The notes: generated from the sequence alone by a model not told the origin. DNA of 64,000 nucleotides from an archaeon (GCA_020343435.1 CP070794.1:397209-461208); one strand, 5' to 3'; positions 35,552 to 45,678 are shown, counted from the stretch's first letter. Made by a program: numbers and translations.

Positions 35552-35995
35552 CTATTTGCAGTTATATCCTGCTTCTAGAGCTTTTTCCCAATCTTTTGAG
35601 ATATTTTTGGGGATATACTCTCTCCATTTATTTAGGTTAAGTTTTACTTTCATCTGTTTTAATAAGAATCCTAACAAGACAAAATTAACCATATTAGCAT
35701 GTCCAAGTTTTTCTTTTGTGATTTTTAGGAAATAATTTCCATCAATTCTTTTTGCTGTTGGAAGAGCATCTTCTGTTTTAACAAATTCTAATAATAAATC
35801 TGATTTTTCAAAAAAAGGAACTTCTATTTCATTGATATCTGTCATTAAGAAAGAACTTACAACTCCTTTTCTCATTGTTGGACCATAAAGAGTATAATTG
35901 TAAACATGAATATGGTTTTGAGCTAGAATTTTTCCAAGTAAACTTGTCATTAACTTAGTTCCTTGTCCTGCGAAAGCTATAATTTGAATTTTCAT
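35552..35995 (-). CDS. 2-oxoacid:ferredoxin oxidoreductase gamma subunit (short)
   Basis: The N-terminus IIAFAGQGTKLMTSLLGKIL and YGPTMRKG resemble the POR/KOR gamma family. The gene overlaps the beta subunit gene by 4 nt. Confidence 0.6.
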   Translation of the reverse strand: MKIQIIAFAGQGTKLMTSLLGKILAQNHIHVYNYTLYGPTMRKGVVSSFLMTDINEIEVPFFEKSDLLLEFVKTEDALPTAKRIDGNYFLKITKEKLGHANMVNFVLLGFLLKQMKVKLNLNKWREYIPKNISKDWEKALEAGYNCK

Positions 35996-36714
35996 CTTTT
36001 AATGATTCCTAATTCATCTTCTTTTAGATCCTTTACATTTTCTTTTATCTTGAATCTTTCTTTATACCATTTTAACATTTTTGCAACATCCATGCCCAAT
36101 TTTCTTCCAACATTAACTGGACATTGTGATTTTATATCTACAAAAGAAAACCCTTTATGTTTCATTGCTTCTTTAACACATCTAGTTAAGTGATCTGGAA
36201 ATGCTGTTGAACTTCTAGCAAAAAAGTTATTGTGAGATAAAATAATGTCTTTAATATTAATCATAGGTTCTTGATTTCCATAAGGAGAAGTTGTTGTAAC
36301 TCTTTTTATTGGAGTTGTTGGAGCTCTTTGTCCTCCAGTCATTGCGTAAACTTCATTATTTGAACAAAAAACTTTGATATCATCGTTTCTTCTTGAAGCA
36401 TGTAATAAATGATTTAATCCTATAGCTAATAAATCTCCGTCTCCACTGAAAACAATTGCTTTTGCATGTGGTTTAACTTCTTTTATTCCAACAGCTACTG
36501 GAATTGTTCTTCCATGTAATGCTTGTAAAGAATTAACATCAAAATATCCTGAGGATCTTCCTGCACAGCCAATTCCTGAAATAACATAAGTATCCTTCTT
36601 AGGAAAATTAAGTTCAGCTAATTCTGCACAGACAGCATTGTAAATCATGTAAAGGCCACAACCATCACACCATCTTATTCTCACTTCTTTCCGTTTGTAA
36701 TCTTCTGTTTTCAT
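35992..36714 (-). CDS. 2-oxoacid:ferredoxin oxidoreductase beta subunit (TPP-binding)
   Basis: RWCDGCGLYMIYNAV and the TPP motif FSGDGDLLAIGLNHL. Confidence 0.85.
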   Translation of the reverse strand: MKTEDYKRKEVRIRWCDGCGLYMIYNAVCAELAELNFPKKDTYVISGIGCAGRSSGYFDVNSLQALHGRTIPVAVGIKEVKPHAKAIVFSGDGDLLAIGLNHLLHASRRNDDIKVFCSNNEVYAMTGGQRAPTTPIKRVTTTSPYGNQEPMINIKDIILSHNNFFARSSTAFPDHLTRCVKEAMKHKGFSFVDIKSQCPVNVGRKLGMDVAKMLKWYKERFKIKENVKDLKEDELGIIKR

Positions 36715-37721
36715 TTTAGTAAAGCTTTTCTAACTTCTGCTAATCTGATTTCTCCACCAGTAATTGGAACTCGTTTAACTTCTCTTTTTAGGAAAGATTC
36801 TAATAAAGTTGCATACTGTCCTTCATTCATTTCCGCAACAATTATTTTTTTGTATTTCTTTGAAATTGTTTTTAATTGTTCTATGATTGGAAATAATCTT
36901 ATTGGTCTAAATAATGAGAATTTATCTTTAAAAGCTGCAACAGCTCTTGATAATGATCCAAATGAGATAACTAAAGTATCTGATTTCTTATTTTCATGAT
37001 AATCATAGAAATTGTAATGTTTAGCTACAGATAATTGTTTTTCTTTTAATCTTTTAGTTACCCTTCTATAAGCTAATCTATCTGTAGTTTTAGGAATTCC
37101 ATCTTCTGCTACTAAACTTGTAAAATGTCTTGTTTTGGTTAAGAATTGTTTTCTTGTTTTTAGAGGAATCTCTTTTTTCATTACTGTTTCATATCCATGT
37201 CCTATGTAAGCATCTAATAACATGATTACTGGACTTAGAGATTCTTCAGCTGCATTAAAAGAGTGAATTGTAAATTCGTATGCTTCTTGAGGTGAATTCG
37301 GAGAGAAGACTATTGGAAAGAAATCCCCTGCTGATCCTACACAAGATGCAAAAATATCTCCTTGTGATGCTCTTGTTGGCATTCCTGTTCCTGGACCAAC
37401 CCTTTGAACATCTATGATAACTGCTGGGATTTCTGTTCTATGTCCAAATCCAATTCCCTCTTGCATTAGATTAAATCCTGGTCCTGATGTAGCAGTCATT
37501 GCTTTTGCTCCAGTCATTGAAGCTCCGTAAAGAGAAAGAATAGCTGCTATTTCATCTTCAGCTTGGAAAAAAGGAACTTCTGTTCTCGCAATTCCATGCA
37601 TTATCTCAGATGCTGGAGTTATTGGATAACCAGTGTATAATCCTATTTTAGCTTGTAGTGCTCCTAGGACAACTGCTTCATTACCTTGTAAAAATAATTT
37701 CTCTTTCCTCTTTTCTGTCAT
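36711..37721 (-). CDS. 2-oxoacid:ferredoxin oxidoreductase alpha subunit
   Basis: FLQGNEAVVLGAL and YTGYPITPASEI are typical of the alpha subunit. Confidence 0.85.
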   Translation of the reverse strand: MTEKRKEKLFLQGNEAVVLGALQAKIGLYTGYPITPASEIMHGIARTEVPFFQAEDEIAAILSLYGASMTGAKAMTATSGPGFNLMQEGIGFGHRTEIPAVIIDVQRVGPGTGMPTRASQGDIFASCVGSAGDFFPIVFSPNSPQEAYEFTIHSFNAAEESLSPVIMLLDAYIGHGYETVMKKEIPLKTRKQFLTKTRHFTSLVAEDGIPKTTDRLAYRRVTKRLKEKQLSVAKHYNFYDYHENKKSDTLVISFGSLSRAVAAFKDKFSLFRPIRLFPIIEQLKTISKKYKKIIVAEMNEGQYATLLESFLKREVKRVPITGGEIRLAEVRKALLK

Positions 37722-37752
37722 GTCTTAAAGAAAGCTAGCTGTTTTTTAAACT

Positions 37753-38616
37753 TTACTTATTAACAACTTTGTAAATATCTTTTAGATCTTTTTGCCTCAT
37801 TAAAGGTACAAAACTATATCCTCTTTCTTTTGAAACAAATCTTAATTCTCCTTTTCTGAATTCCCAGATTTCTAATCCTCCGTAATCAAAGAACTCTCTT
37901 GATGGGAATAATAAAACTCCTCTTTCCTTGAGTAGATGTCTAGCCATATGTTTAACATCTTTAAGATGTTCTTTTGAAACTCCTGCTGTAAAGAAGATTC
38001 TATCATATTTATTGAACCAGATTGGATTATCTATGTTTAAAGCATCTCCAATAACAAATTGAATTTCAAATTTTTTCTTAAGTTTGTTATTTTTTATTTT
38101 TTTGATAAAATTATTGATGTTATTAATGGCTCCATGAGCTAATTTTGGAAAAATTTCACAAGTAGTTACTGTTCCTGGAAATACTAAATAGGAAGTCAAA
38201 GCGGCATGATAGCCTGTATTTGTTCCTATTTCTAAAACATCTAATCCTGGCCATAGATCTAATTTATGTAACATTCTTGCAACTGTGGTTGGTTGACTTA
38301 TTGTTTGCCCAAAAGCAATATGTTTTGCTTCATCTTCATAAGGATGAGATTTAACAAAGAATTTTCTATCAACAATTCTAAATGCTTCTTCAATATGAAT
38401 TGGCAAACCAGTATTATTAATTTTAATAGATTTAATCATTAACTCCATTTCGTTATTGATCTTAACTCTGTGTTCTGTTTTTCTTCTTATTTTTCTTACT
38501 GTTTTCTTTTTTCTTTTTTTAATGGCTCTCTTTTTTACTTTTCTTTTTATTTTCTTCTTAGTTTTTCTTTTAACTTTCTTTCTAGAAGTTTTCCTTTTCT
38601 TTTTCCTCTTTTTCAT
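37753..38616 (-). CDS. pcm: Protein-L-isoaspartate O-methyltransferase with a possible Lys/Arg-rich N-terminal extension
   Basis: GQTISQPTTVARML and the SAM motif LEIGTNTGYHAA. The first 50 or so codons are almost entirely K/R. An alternative start lies at residue M57 (nt 38448). Confidence 0.75.
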   Translation of the reverse strand: MKKRKKKRKTSRKKVKRKTKKKIKRKVKKRAIKKRKKKTVRKIRRKTEHRVKINNEMELMIKSIKINNTGLPIHIEEAFRIVDRKFFVKSHPYEDEAKHIAFGQTISQPTTVARMLHKLDLWPGLDVLEIGTNTGYHAALTSYLVFPGTVTTCEIFPKLAHGAINNINNFIKKIKNNKLKKKFEIQFVIGDALNIDNPIWFNKYDRIFFTAGVSKEHLKDVKHMARHLLKERGVLLFPSREFFDYGGLEIWEFRKGELRFVSKERGYSFVPLMRQKDLKDIYKVVNK

Positions 38617-38691
38617 TAGAACAAATAAGTTGTTTTAATTTTTAAAGGTTCTGTTAGTTAAATTTTTAAAGAGAATGTTCTTAGGAGAAAC

Positions 38692-38919
38692 ATGGCACCA
38701 AAGAGAAAATATGTTGCTCCAAAGAGCCAAGGAACAAACACAATGGCAATTCTTGGATTGATCTTTGCATTTGTTTTCTCAATTCTTGGATTGATTTTTA
38801 GCATAATAGCCTTAAATCAAATTAAGAAGAGCGGAGAAAAAGGACATGGTCTTGCAATTGCTGGATTAATTATTAGTATTGCTGGGATGGTTCTTGTTGC
38901 TATACTAATGCTTGTTTAA
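38692..38919 (+). CDS. DUF4190-like small membrane protein
   Basis: Two TM helices with the typical AILGLIFAF...GLAIAGLIISIAG pattern. Confidence 0.55.
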   Translation: MAPKRKYVAPKSQGTNTMAILGLIFAFVFSILGLIFSIIALNQIKKSGEKGHGLAIAGLIISIAGMVLVAILMLV

Positions 38920-40151
38920 GATAATTTTCTTTCAATTCTTATAAGCTCATGTAGTTTAGCAAATCTTTCTTTTCCTAGAATTCCTGTTTTAATAATCTGA
39001 GCTTGCCATCCTAATGCAAAATGTGCTAAAGAATGATCATAAGTTTCTCCAGATCTGTGAGATAAAACAATTGTTATCCCTTTAGATCTTGCTAAATCAA
39101 CAACTTTTTTAGTTTGGATTAAAGACCCCACTTGATTTGGTTTAACAATTAATGCATTAATTGATTTTAGTTGTATTGCTTTCTTAACTCTATCAAAATG
39201 TGTGCATGTTAAATCATCTCCACATATTAAACAATTCTTAGTTTGTTTTAATAATCTGGCAAAAGATTCGAAATCTTCATCATGAAAAGGATCTTCAATG
39301 TAAGAAATATTATATTTTTTTATTAATTCTGCCATATAACTGATTTGATCTTTTTTATTGAGGCTAAGTTCTCTCCTATTTGGTTTAAAATTCTTATATC
39401 TATAAGATTGAGACTTCCATAAAGAATCTGCTGCAGCATCAATTCCATAATTAAGTTCTACTCCAAATGTTTTCTGGATTCTTTCTTGTACTTTTTTAAA
39501 TATATCTAAAACAGATTCATTATCTAAGAAAGATGCTAAAGCATTTTCATAAGTTAGAGAATTTTTCCAAAATCTATCAAGATCTTTTAGAAGATGTTTA
39601 CATTCTTTATATGCTTGCAAATTAATGAAATAAGCATCAAAGAAATTTTTTGTTTTTGGTAAAAATAAGAATTCCTGGAAATCTGTTTTTTGTCTTTGTT
39701 GTAGATGTTTTCCTCCCCCAATTGCATTTCCAAGAGGAGAAGGAAATCTGACGTTTTTATCTTTGAATAAATAATGCCATAATTCTTGCTCATGGGAATT
39801 TGCTATTGCTTTTAGAACAGCTGTTTCCAAAGCGTAAAGAGCATTTCCTCCGAAAACAGAGAGATTGTTTGTCTTATCAGCTTTTTTTACAAATTCTTCG
39901 ATTTTTTCAAGATCCTGGAATTCATTAAAAGATGTTTTTTCATTGATAAGTTTTTTTCCAAAAGCATTAATCATTGAGATTGAGAAATCAATTCCTTTTT
40001 TTGAGAAAACTTGAACCTCATGTTTTCCTTTAGAGGTTCCTTCAGGAGCACTAGCTTCAAAGGATTTTCCATTAGCTTTCACAGTTACAGAAATTGTAGC
40101 CCGGCCTTTAGAATTAGGTATTTTTCTTGCAATCACCTCTTGAATATACAT
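38916..40151 (-). CDS. eno: Enolase
   Basis: SHRSGET signature, a GDDL motif, and an N-terminus typical of the family (IARKIPNSKGRATISVTV). Confidence 0.85.
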   Translation of the reverse strand: MYIQEVIARKIPNSKGRATISVTVKANGKSFEASAPEGTSKGKHEVQVFSKKGIDFSISMINAFGKKLINEKTSFNEFQDLEKIEEFVKKADKTNNLSVFGGNALYALETAVLKAIANSHEQELWHYLFKDKNVRFPSPLGNAIGGGKHLQQRQKTDFQEFLFLPKTKNFFDAYFINLQAYKECKHLLKDLDRFWKNSLTYENALASFLDNESVLDIFKKVQERIQKTFGVELNYGIDAAADSLWKSQSYRYKNFKPNRRELSLNKKDQISYMAELIKKYNISYIEDPFHDEDFESFARLLKQTKNCLICGDDLTCTHFDRVKKAIQLKSINALIVKPNQVGSLIQTKKVVDLARSKGITIVLSHRSGETYDHSLAHFALGWQAQIIKTGILGKERFAKLHELIRIERKLS

Positions 40152-40186
40152 GTTTTAGAATAAAGTTATTTTTTATATAAACCTTT

Positions 40187-40507
40187 TTATTCCTCTACTG
40201 GTTCTTCTGGGGGTTCTACTGGTTTATCCTCTTTTTTAGGAATTGGTGGTTCTTCTTTTTCAACTACTTCCTTGAATTCTGGGCTTGGACCTGTTTTTTT
40301 TGGCATAGGTCTTTTGATTGTTATTGGCAAAATTCCTGCTTCAAGTTCTGCTTCTGCTATTTTGATAGCGTCATAATGCATCTCTTCTAATTGTTCTTTA
40401 GTTAACTTTAACAAGATGGGGGCATTTGCGCTTATTTGTAAAGCTCTTGCTCCTAGAATTCTTGCGATTTCATATTTAGTATATTCTTCTTTTGAAAAGT
40501 TCTTCAT
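40187..40507 (-). CDS. rpoK: DNA-directed RNA polymerase subunit K (Rpo6) with a P/E/K-rich tail
   Basis: YTKYEIARILGARALQIS motif. The gene sits downstream of rrp42 as in the archaeal superoperon. Confidence 0.8.
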   Translation of the reverse strand: MKNFSKEEYTKYEIARILGARALQISANAPILLKLTKEQLEEMHYDAIKIAEAELEAGILPITIKRPMPKKTGPSPEFKEVVEKEEPPIPKKEDKPVEPPEEPVEE

Positions 40508-41304
40508 TTTTTAGATTTAGATATTTTATCTTTTAATTTTTTTGCTTGTTTAGATATTTTATTTACCATATCTAAAAGTTGTTCTATCTCTATAGGTTCT
40601 TCTCCTATTTTGATCATTCCATGAATTGTTGGTTCATCTTTATTAAAAGTTACTGAAGCTGTTATCTTTGTTTTTGAAGAAGATTCTTCTTCAGAAGTTG
40701 GGTCTAAAATAAAAGTATCATTAACTTTGTAAGCAGTTACTGTTAATGGAATGGTGTTTAAAGGTAATTTTTTATTAGAATGTTCTTCATGATTTACTTT
40801 TTCTCCATCTAATTTTGGAATTTTGCATTCTAGTAATGCTGCTACTGCAGCTAATGCGCTTGCATCTACTAAATTTCCTGCATCATTGGTAGGATAGATG
40901 TCTATGAAAACTCCCCAAACTTTTTCTTCTTTTTTAATGCATAATTTCTTAGTATCTATGAAATTTGATTCTCTAATTGCTCTATCCACAGATCTTGCTA
41001 AGCCTATTGCATTGATTCCTGGTGGACCAGATTCAAATTCATCTGATGCTAATGGACTTAATTCTGCTGTTACCATCATGACTCCAGAATCTGGAGAATC
41101 TGGATAAGGTTCTAGAATATCTATTTTAACTCCAACAATTACTTCTGTGTCTCCTAGTTTTACTCTTGCTGAACCTTCTGCTTTTGAAGAGATTCCTGTT
41201 TCAATAGATAGTTCTCTAAAATCTAATAATCCTCTCCCATCTAATCTTTCTTTATTTTCCAGTAATTCTCTTATTTTCTCTTTATTTATTTTTGATAATT
41301 TCAT
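40504..41304 (-). CDS. rrp42: Exosome complex protein Rrp42
   Basis: RNase PH-like fold signature (RLDGRGLLDFRELS) and position after rrp41. Confidence 0.85.
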   Translation of the reverse strand: MKLSKINKEKIRELLENKERLDGRGLLDFRELSIETGISSKAEGSARVKLGDTEVIVGVKIDILEPYPDSPDSGVMMVTAELSPLASDEFESGPPGINAIGLARSVDRAIRESNFIDTKKLCIKKEEKVWGVFIDIYPTNDAGNLVDASALAAVAALLECKIPKLDGEKVNHEEHSNKKLPLNTIPLTVTAYKVNDTFILDPTSEEESSSKTKITASVTFNKDEPTIHGMIKIGEEPIEIEQLLDMVNKISKQAKKLKDKISKSKK

Positions 41305-42011
41305 TTTTCTTTAACCTTTTTCAAGGCTTTTTTCTGAATTTCTACTATGTTTAAACATGTTTTTTTAGATAATTCAAGAGCTTCTTTAAGTTCTTTAGTA
41401 TTAAGATCTCCATCCATATGTAATAAAGATAATTTTCCAGATCTTCCTAAGAAAGCTGTAGCAACATCTGTTGCAGCTTTTTCTTCTTTTATTTTATAAT
41501 CTTCTTCATCTTTTGTTAGGTCTACAATAATAGTTTTACCTAATTTGCCCCCAGATACTGATCCAATTAATTCTTTCATTGGAATTCCTGCATTTGCTAA
41601 TGCCATTGATGCAGCATTTACAGCAGCGCATCTTGTGGATGCATCTGCTTCAATGATTTGTATAAAAACATCAATAACTGTATTAGGAAACTGGTCTAGT
41701 AATACTGCTGGTTCTAAAGCTTTAGCGATTTCATGAGAAATTTCTTGACTTCTTCTACTTGGTCCTGGTCTCATTCTTTCACTTACTGAAAAACTCAACA
41801 TAGTATAATTACATCTTAGAACTCCTTTTTCAGGATTTTCTAGATGTCTTGGGATTAATTGTCTTGGACCATAAACTGCTGCTATTGCTTTACTTTTCCC
41901 AAATGAGAATGATGCTGAACCATCTGCTCTGGGTATAATTCCTACTTTTGCTTCTATCTTTCTTGTTTCTTCTGGTTTTCTTCCGTCTGGTCTTTTAAAT
42001 TTTTCAGCCAT
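41301..42011 (-). CDS. rrp41: Exosome complex exonuclease Rrp41
   Basis: RPDGRKPEETRKIE and ADGSASFSFG are typical RNase PH motifs. Confidence 0.9.
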   Translation of the reverse strand: MAEKFKRPDGRKPEETRKIEAKVGIIPRADGSASFSFGKSKAIAAVYGPRQLIPRHLENPEKGVLRCNYTMLSFSVSERMRPGPSRRSQEISHEIAKALEPAVLLDQFPNTVIDVFIQIIEADASTRCAAVNAASMALANAGIPMKELIGSVSGGKLGKTIIVDLTKDEEDYKIKEEKAATDVATAFLGRSGKLSLLHMDGDLNTKELKEALELSKKTCLNIVEIQKKALKKVKEK

Positions 42012-42690
42012 TTTTTCTTTTATTTAAAAAATCTTTAACTTGATCTGTTAAACCGTCAATAAAAGGTTTTTCAACAATTAATGTTATAGCATCTCTTGCT
42101 AACATTTCTGATTGAATATCTCTTCCTTTTATCCATATCATTCCATTTTGTCCTACAATGATGCTACATCCTGTTTCATTTTTTATTGTACTAACCATGC
42201 TTCCTGCTCTTCCAATAACTCTTGGAACTCTTGTTGGATTAACACTCATTAAAAATCCTCCATTTAATTTTTTACAAGTTTGGTCCTTCATTGTTAATTC
42301 TACACTTTTAGTTCTTGTAGCTCTAACCTTACAAACCAAAGTATCTCCAATTGCATAATGTTCTGCTAAATCTTTTTTATTGATATAACCAGCACATTCT
42401 GCTACTGGTAAGAATCCTAGATGTGGGGCTCCAACATCTATGAACCATCCGTTGAATGTTAGATCAGTTACTTGTCCTATAACAGTATTTCCTGTTCTTG
42501 GAATATAAGCTCCGCTTAAAGGAATTACTTTAACTAGTTTATCAGATTTTTCAAGTAATCCAAATTTTAATGCTATGATATCCTTACCTTCTCTTCGTGT
42601 TCCATCTCCTGGTAAGAATTCTTTTCCTGAAGCAATTACTTCTCCAGGAACCACTATTGTTCTTTTTTTATCTGTTTTTTCTTTTGTCAT
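42004..42690 (-). CDS. rrp4: Exosome RNA-binding protein Rrp4 (S1 + KH)
   Basis: S1-like core and a KH GxxG motif (IGRAGSMVSTIKNETG). Confidence 0.85.
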   Translation of the reverse strand: MTKEKTDKKRTIVVPGEVIASGKEFLPGDGTRREGKDIIALKFGLLEKSDKLVKVIPLSGAYIPRTGNTVIGQVTDLTFNGWFIDVGAPHLGFLPVAECAGYINKKDLAEHYAIGDTLVCKVRATRTKSVELTMKDQTCKKLNGGFLMSVNPTRVPRVIGRAGSMVSTIKNETGCSIIVGQNGMIWIKGRDIQSEMLARDAITLIVEKPFIDGLTDQVKDFLNKRKNG

Positions 42691-42704
42691 TTGTTAAAAC
42701 TAAT

Positions 42705-43397
42705 TTAATCGTTTTTAAGTTCTTCGGTTACAGCTGAACCATGAGTCATGTTGTTTAATTTATCATAAAAGTCCATTTGCATTCCTGCTGGTAGTTCTAT
42801 TGTGCATTTTAGAGAACCGTCATTTAGCCACTCTTCTTTTTCTTTTTTAACTTTTTGGAATAAAGAATAAACTCTTCCAGTGTGTTCTGGAGGAACTGTT
42901 ATAACTATCCTCTTTGTTGAGATTTTAATTGGAAGTTTGGATTCTAATTGTTTGATTATTCCTACAGCTTGAGATGCTGCATCTTTGTTTTCTTCTATTT
43001 TTACACCAGCATCTTTTATTGCTGTTTCAACAACTGTTGCTGTGTATGGCATGTTTGTTCTAGGATCTATTCCATTTTTTGTTAAGAAATCTACAATTTG
43101 TTTTAGTTTCTGTTCTCTTGCTTTTTCTCTGTATTGTTGTGGTAATTGTAATTCTCCTTGTTTGATTATTTTTTCAGCAATATCTGAGATATTTTCAGAT
43201 CCAAAGAAGTCTTTAAGATCAGCGTTAGATGCTCTTAACCCTTTTTTATTATCTGTGAAAACTTCATCTGTTACTAAGATATTGTTAATAGAACTTTTAT
43301 CTAGTTTTCCTTTTTTAAAATCAACAGCTTTGTCACAATCTACAAGAATTTCAAAACTCTTATTCTTAATTCTTAATCGTGCTATAATGTTTGGCAT
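42705..43397 (-). CDS. SBDS/Sdo1 ribosome maturation protein
   Basis: N-terminal ARLRIKNKSFEILVD, 230 aa, and the conserved position between psmA and rrp4. Confidence 0.85.
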   Translation of the reverse strand: MPNIIARLRIKNKSFEILVDCDKAVDFKKGKLDKSSINNILVTDEVFTDNKKGLRASNADLKDFFGSENISDIAEKIIKQGELQLPQQYREKAREQKLKQIVDFLTKNGIDPRTNMPYTATVVETAIKDAGVKIEENKDAASQAVGIIKQLESKLPIKISTKRIVITVPPEHTGRVYSLFQKVKKEKEEWLNDGSLKCTIELPAGMQMDFYDKLNNMTHGSAVTEELKND

Positions 43398-43405
43398 TTT
43401 AATAA

Positions 43406-44128
43406 TTATTTAATATAGCTTGCCAGTTTTTCTGAAACTAATCTTTTAGCTACTTTGTCCTCCTTATCTACATAATATGCTTCAAATCTTGAAACATTAA
43501 ATGATTTTCCTAGTATTTTTTTGAATATTGATAATGCTAATTTAATTCCTTGATCTATTGTTAATGTTGATTTGTAAGATGATCTTAACATATCAATTAT
43601 TTTATCATCATTTTCTCCAATTGCTGTTGCTTTGTATGAAAAATAATTCCCTGTAACTTCACTAACAAATAATTTTGCTGTGTCATCTGGGTTTACTCCT
43701 GCAACCATCATCTTTATTCCAAAAGGTCTTACTCCTCCGTATTGAGTATAAGCTTGTTTGATATTTGCAATCTCTTTCATTATAGATTCAACATCTGCTG
43801 GTTCTTCATATGTTATTCTATGTTGTTGAGCAAAGATCTGTGCTTTTTCTAGTAATACTCTTGCATCACTTAGAATTCCAGCAGCACTTGTGATAACATG
43901 TTCATCTATTTGATTGATTTTCATAGAGAACTCTGGCATCATTAAAGGATCTACTGTTCTTCTATCTGTTACAATTAATGTTCCATTACTGCAAACCATT
44001 CCTATTGTAGAAGAGCCAAGTCTAACTGTCTTTTCTGCATACTCTACTTGCAATAACCTACCTTCAGGACTAAATAAAGTGGCTGCTCTATCATAGCCCA
44101 TTGCTTGGTGTTGCATTTCCATTGCCAT
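43406..44128 (-). CDS. psmA: Proteasome subunit alpha
   Basis: YDRAATLFSPEGRLLQVEYA signature. Confidence 0.9.
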   Translation of the reverse strand: MAMEMQHQAMGYDRAATLFSPEGRLLQVEYAEKTVRLGSSTIGMVCSNGTLIVTDRRTVDPLMMPEFSMKINQIDEHVITSAAGILSDARVLLEKAQIFAQQHRITYEEPADVESIMKEIANIKQAYTQYGGVRPFGIKMMVAGVNPDDTAKLFVSEVTGNYFSYKATAIGENDDKIIDMLRSSYKSTLTIDQGIKLALSIFKKILGKSFNVSRFEAYYVDKEDKVAKRLVSEKLASYIK

Positions 44129-44259
44129 TTTCTCTTTTCTTGATTAGGAAAATTTTTTAGATATATAAAGGTTTTGGGATCAGATTTCGGTTGAATTACC
44201 AATTAAAATATATATTTTTTAGTAACAAAATTTATATTAAGGGGTTTTTTCTTTAAAGG

Positions 44260-45618
44260 ATGAGCAAGGCACTAGTTACAGAGATTTTAGACAGGTTGGG
44301 GATCAAAGAAAGGAGGATCAGAGTTTTCACATCAAGTGATGTTGCAATGGCTATCACAGGAGGGAGAATTGATCCCAGTGACAAAAATGCGCTTAGAGAA
44401 TTTGCTAGGGATGTTGCAATAAAACATGGAGCAAGAATCCCTAAATTGGGAGACATAGACTCTGAAGGAGGAGGTGATGATGGAGGATATGAAATGTTTG
44501 GAAAAACTGGAAAGTATGGTCATCTAAGAACAAAGAAAGATTTTGCAAGAGCTATCCAAGAAACAGATGCTACAAAACCTTCTGAATTGGAAAATGCGTT
44601 GTATCAAGCAGCCTATGCAAAAGTTATTAAAACAAAAGAAGCAACATGGGAAGATCTTTTTGGAGGAAAATACTCTCCTGGGAGGGGGGACAGACCCCCT
44701 GAAAATGATAAAAAGAGGAGAACCACAAAAAGAAGAGGATTAGAAAGAGAAATGGGAAAAACCAGAAAATCTAGAGGAAGTCAAAAACTAGATCCTGTTG
44801 CATCTGCAGTTGAAAGATATAGAGCAGGAGGAAAGAGGAGATATATCCCTCAATCACTATATGACTCTTTCTCTGAGGAACAGCTCATAGTTTATTTAGA
44901 ATTGTTGAATTTAAGAAATTTAAGAGGATTAAAGGATCATCATAAGTCTCTACAAAGAGCTTTAGAAAGCAGGGGCATTGATCCAAAAGATTATATTGGT
45001 AGATTTAGAAAACCAAAAACAGTACTAGATGAAAAAGTTGGAAAGACAAGAAGGCCAAGGCCTACTAAAAGAAGGAAAGAAGGTATAGGTAATGTGGCAG
45101 AAGCACTAAGAGTATATAAGAGAACACATTCTCGTGTCAGCCAAGCTTTTTATGATCAATTTGATAGAGATCAATTAGGAGATTATGCTACCTCTTTAGG
45201 GATTGGAACAATAACTGAGTTTAGAACAAAGCATAGATCTCTATTAGTAAGTATGAGGAAAAAGGGTTTTAAACCAGAAGAGTATATTGGCCAACCCCAA
45301 AAACCAACAAAAACTAGGAAAAAACCAAGTAGAGGTCCTAGAAGAAAACCTTCACCAACAGAACCTGTTGAAGAATATAATTTAGATGACCAAATTGATG
45401 ATGTTTTGGCATTGAGAGCAAGAAAAGAAAGGCTTTGGGAATATGCGCAACAAGAAGATAGAGACCTAATAAAAACAGGAGTAGCAAAAGGGTATCATAA
45501 ATTAGATATGGATGGTATTGTAGAAAAAGATCCTTGGTATTATGATGTAATGTGGAAAAGAAATCTTATTGATCCTTTTGTGACAGTACTCTCAAAAGGA
45601 ACAAAGAAAAAGAAATGA
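44260..45618 (+). CDS. Orphan highly basic protein with an internal tandem repeat of about 72 aa
   Basis: 452-aa ORF. Residues ~180-253 and ~279-350 align (VA.A...Y...SQ..YD.F...QL..Y ... H.SL ... G..P..YIG...KP) and are separated by GKTR(K/R)-type basic linkers. G+C is elevated. Confidence 0.5.
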   Translation: MSKALVTEILDRLGIKERRIRVFTSSDVAMAITGGRIDPSDKNALREFARDVAIKHGARIPKLGDIDSEGGGDDGGYEMFGKTGKYGHLRTKKDFARAIQETDATKPSELENALYQAAYAKVIKTKEATWEDLFGGKYSPGRGDRPPENDKKRRTTKRRGLEREMGKTRKSRGSQKLDPVASAVERYRAGGKRRYIPQSLYDSFSEEQLIVYLELLNLRNLRGLKDHHKSLQRALESRGIDPKDYIGRFRKPKTVLDEKVGKTRRPRPTKRRKEGIGNVAEALRVYKRTHSRVSQAFYDQFDRDQLGDYATSLGIGTITEFRTKHRSLLVSMRKKGFKPEEYIGQPQKPTKTRKKPSRGPRRKPSPTEPVEEYNLDDQIDDVLALRARKERLWEYAQQEDRDLIKTGVAKGYHKLDMDGIVEKDPWYYDVMWKRNLIDPFVTVLSKGTKKKK

Positions 45619-45678
45619 GAATTCTTTAATCAAAACCTATTTAAAATAGAGTTCTTTATTCATTAAAAAGAGGAAAAA

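Noticed and set aside
35508-36193. Plus-strand ORFs 35508-35735 and 35963-36193
   Set aside because: They are antisense to the oxidoreductase gamma and beta subunit genes.
38456-38638. 60-aa plus-strand ORF of Phe/Leu-rich sequence
   Set aside because: It is the mirror image of the polypurine (Lys/Arg codon) tract at the 5' end of the pcm gene, not an independent gene.
40187-40330. P/E/K-rich C-terminal tail on RpoK
   Set aside because: It is a low-complexity extension in frame with a well-supported gene. It is interesting only if conserved, and I cannot judge that from this window.
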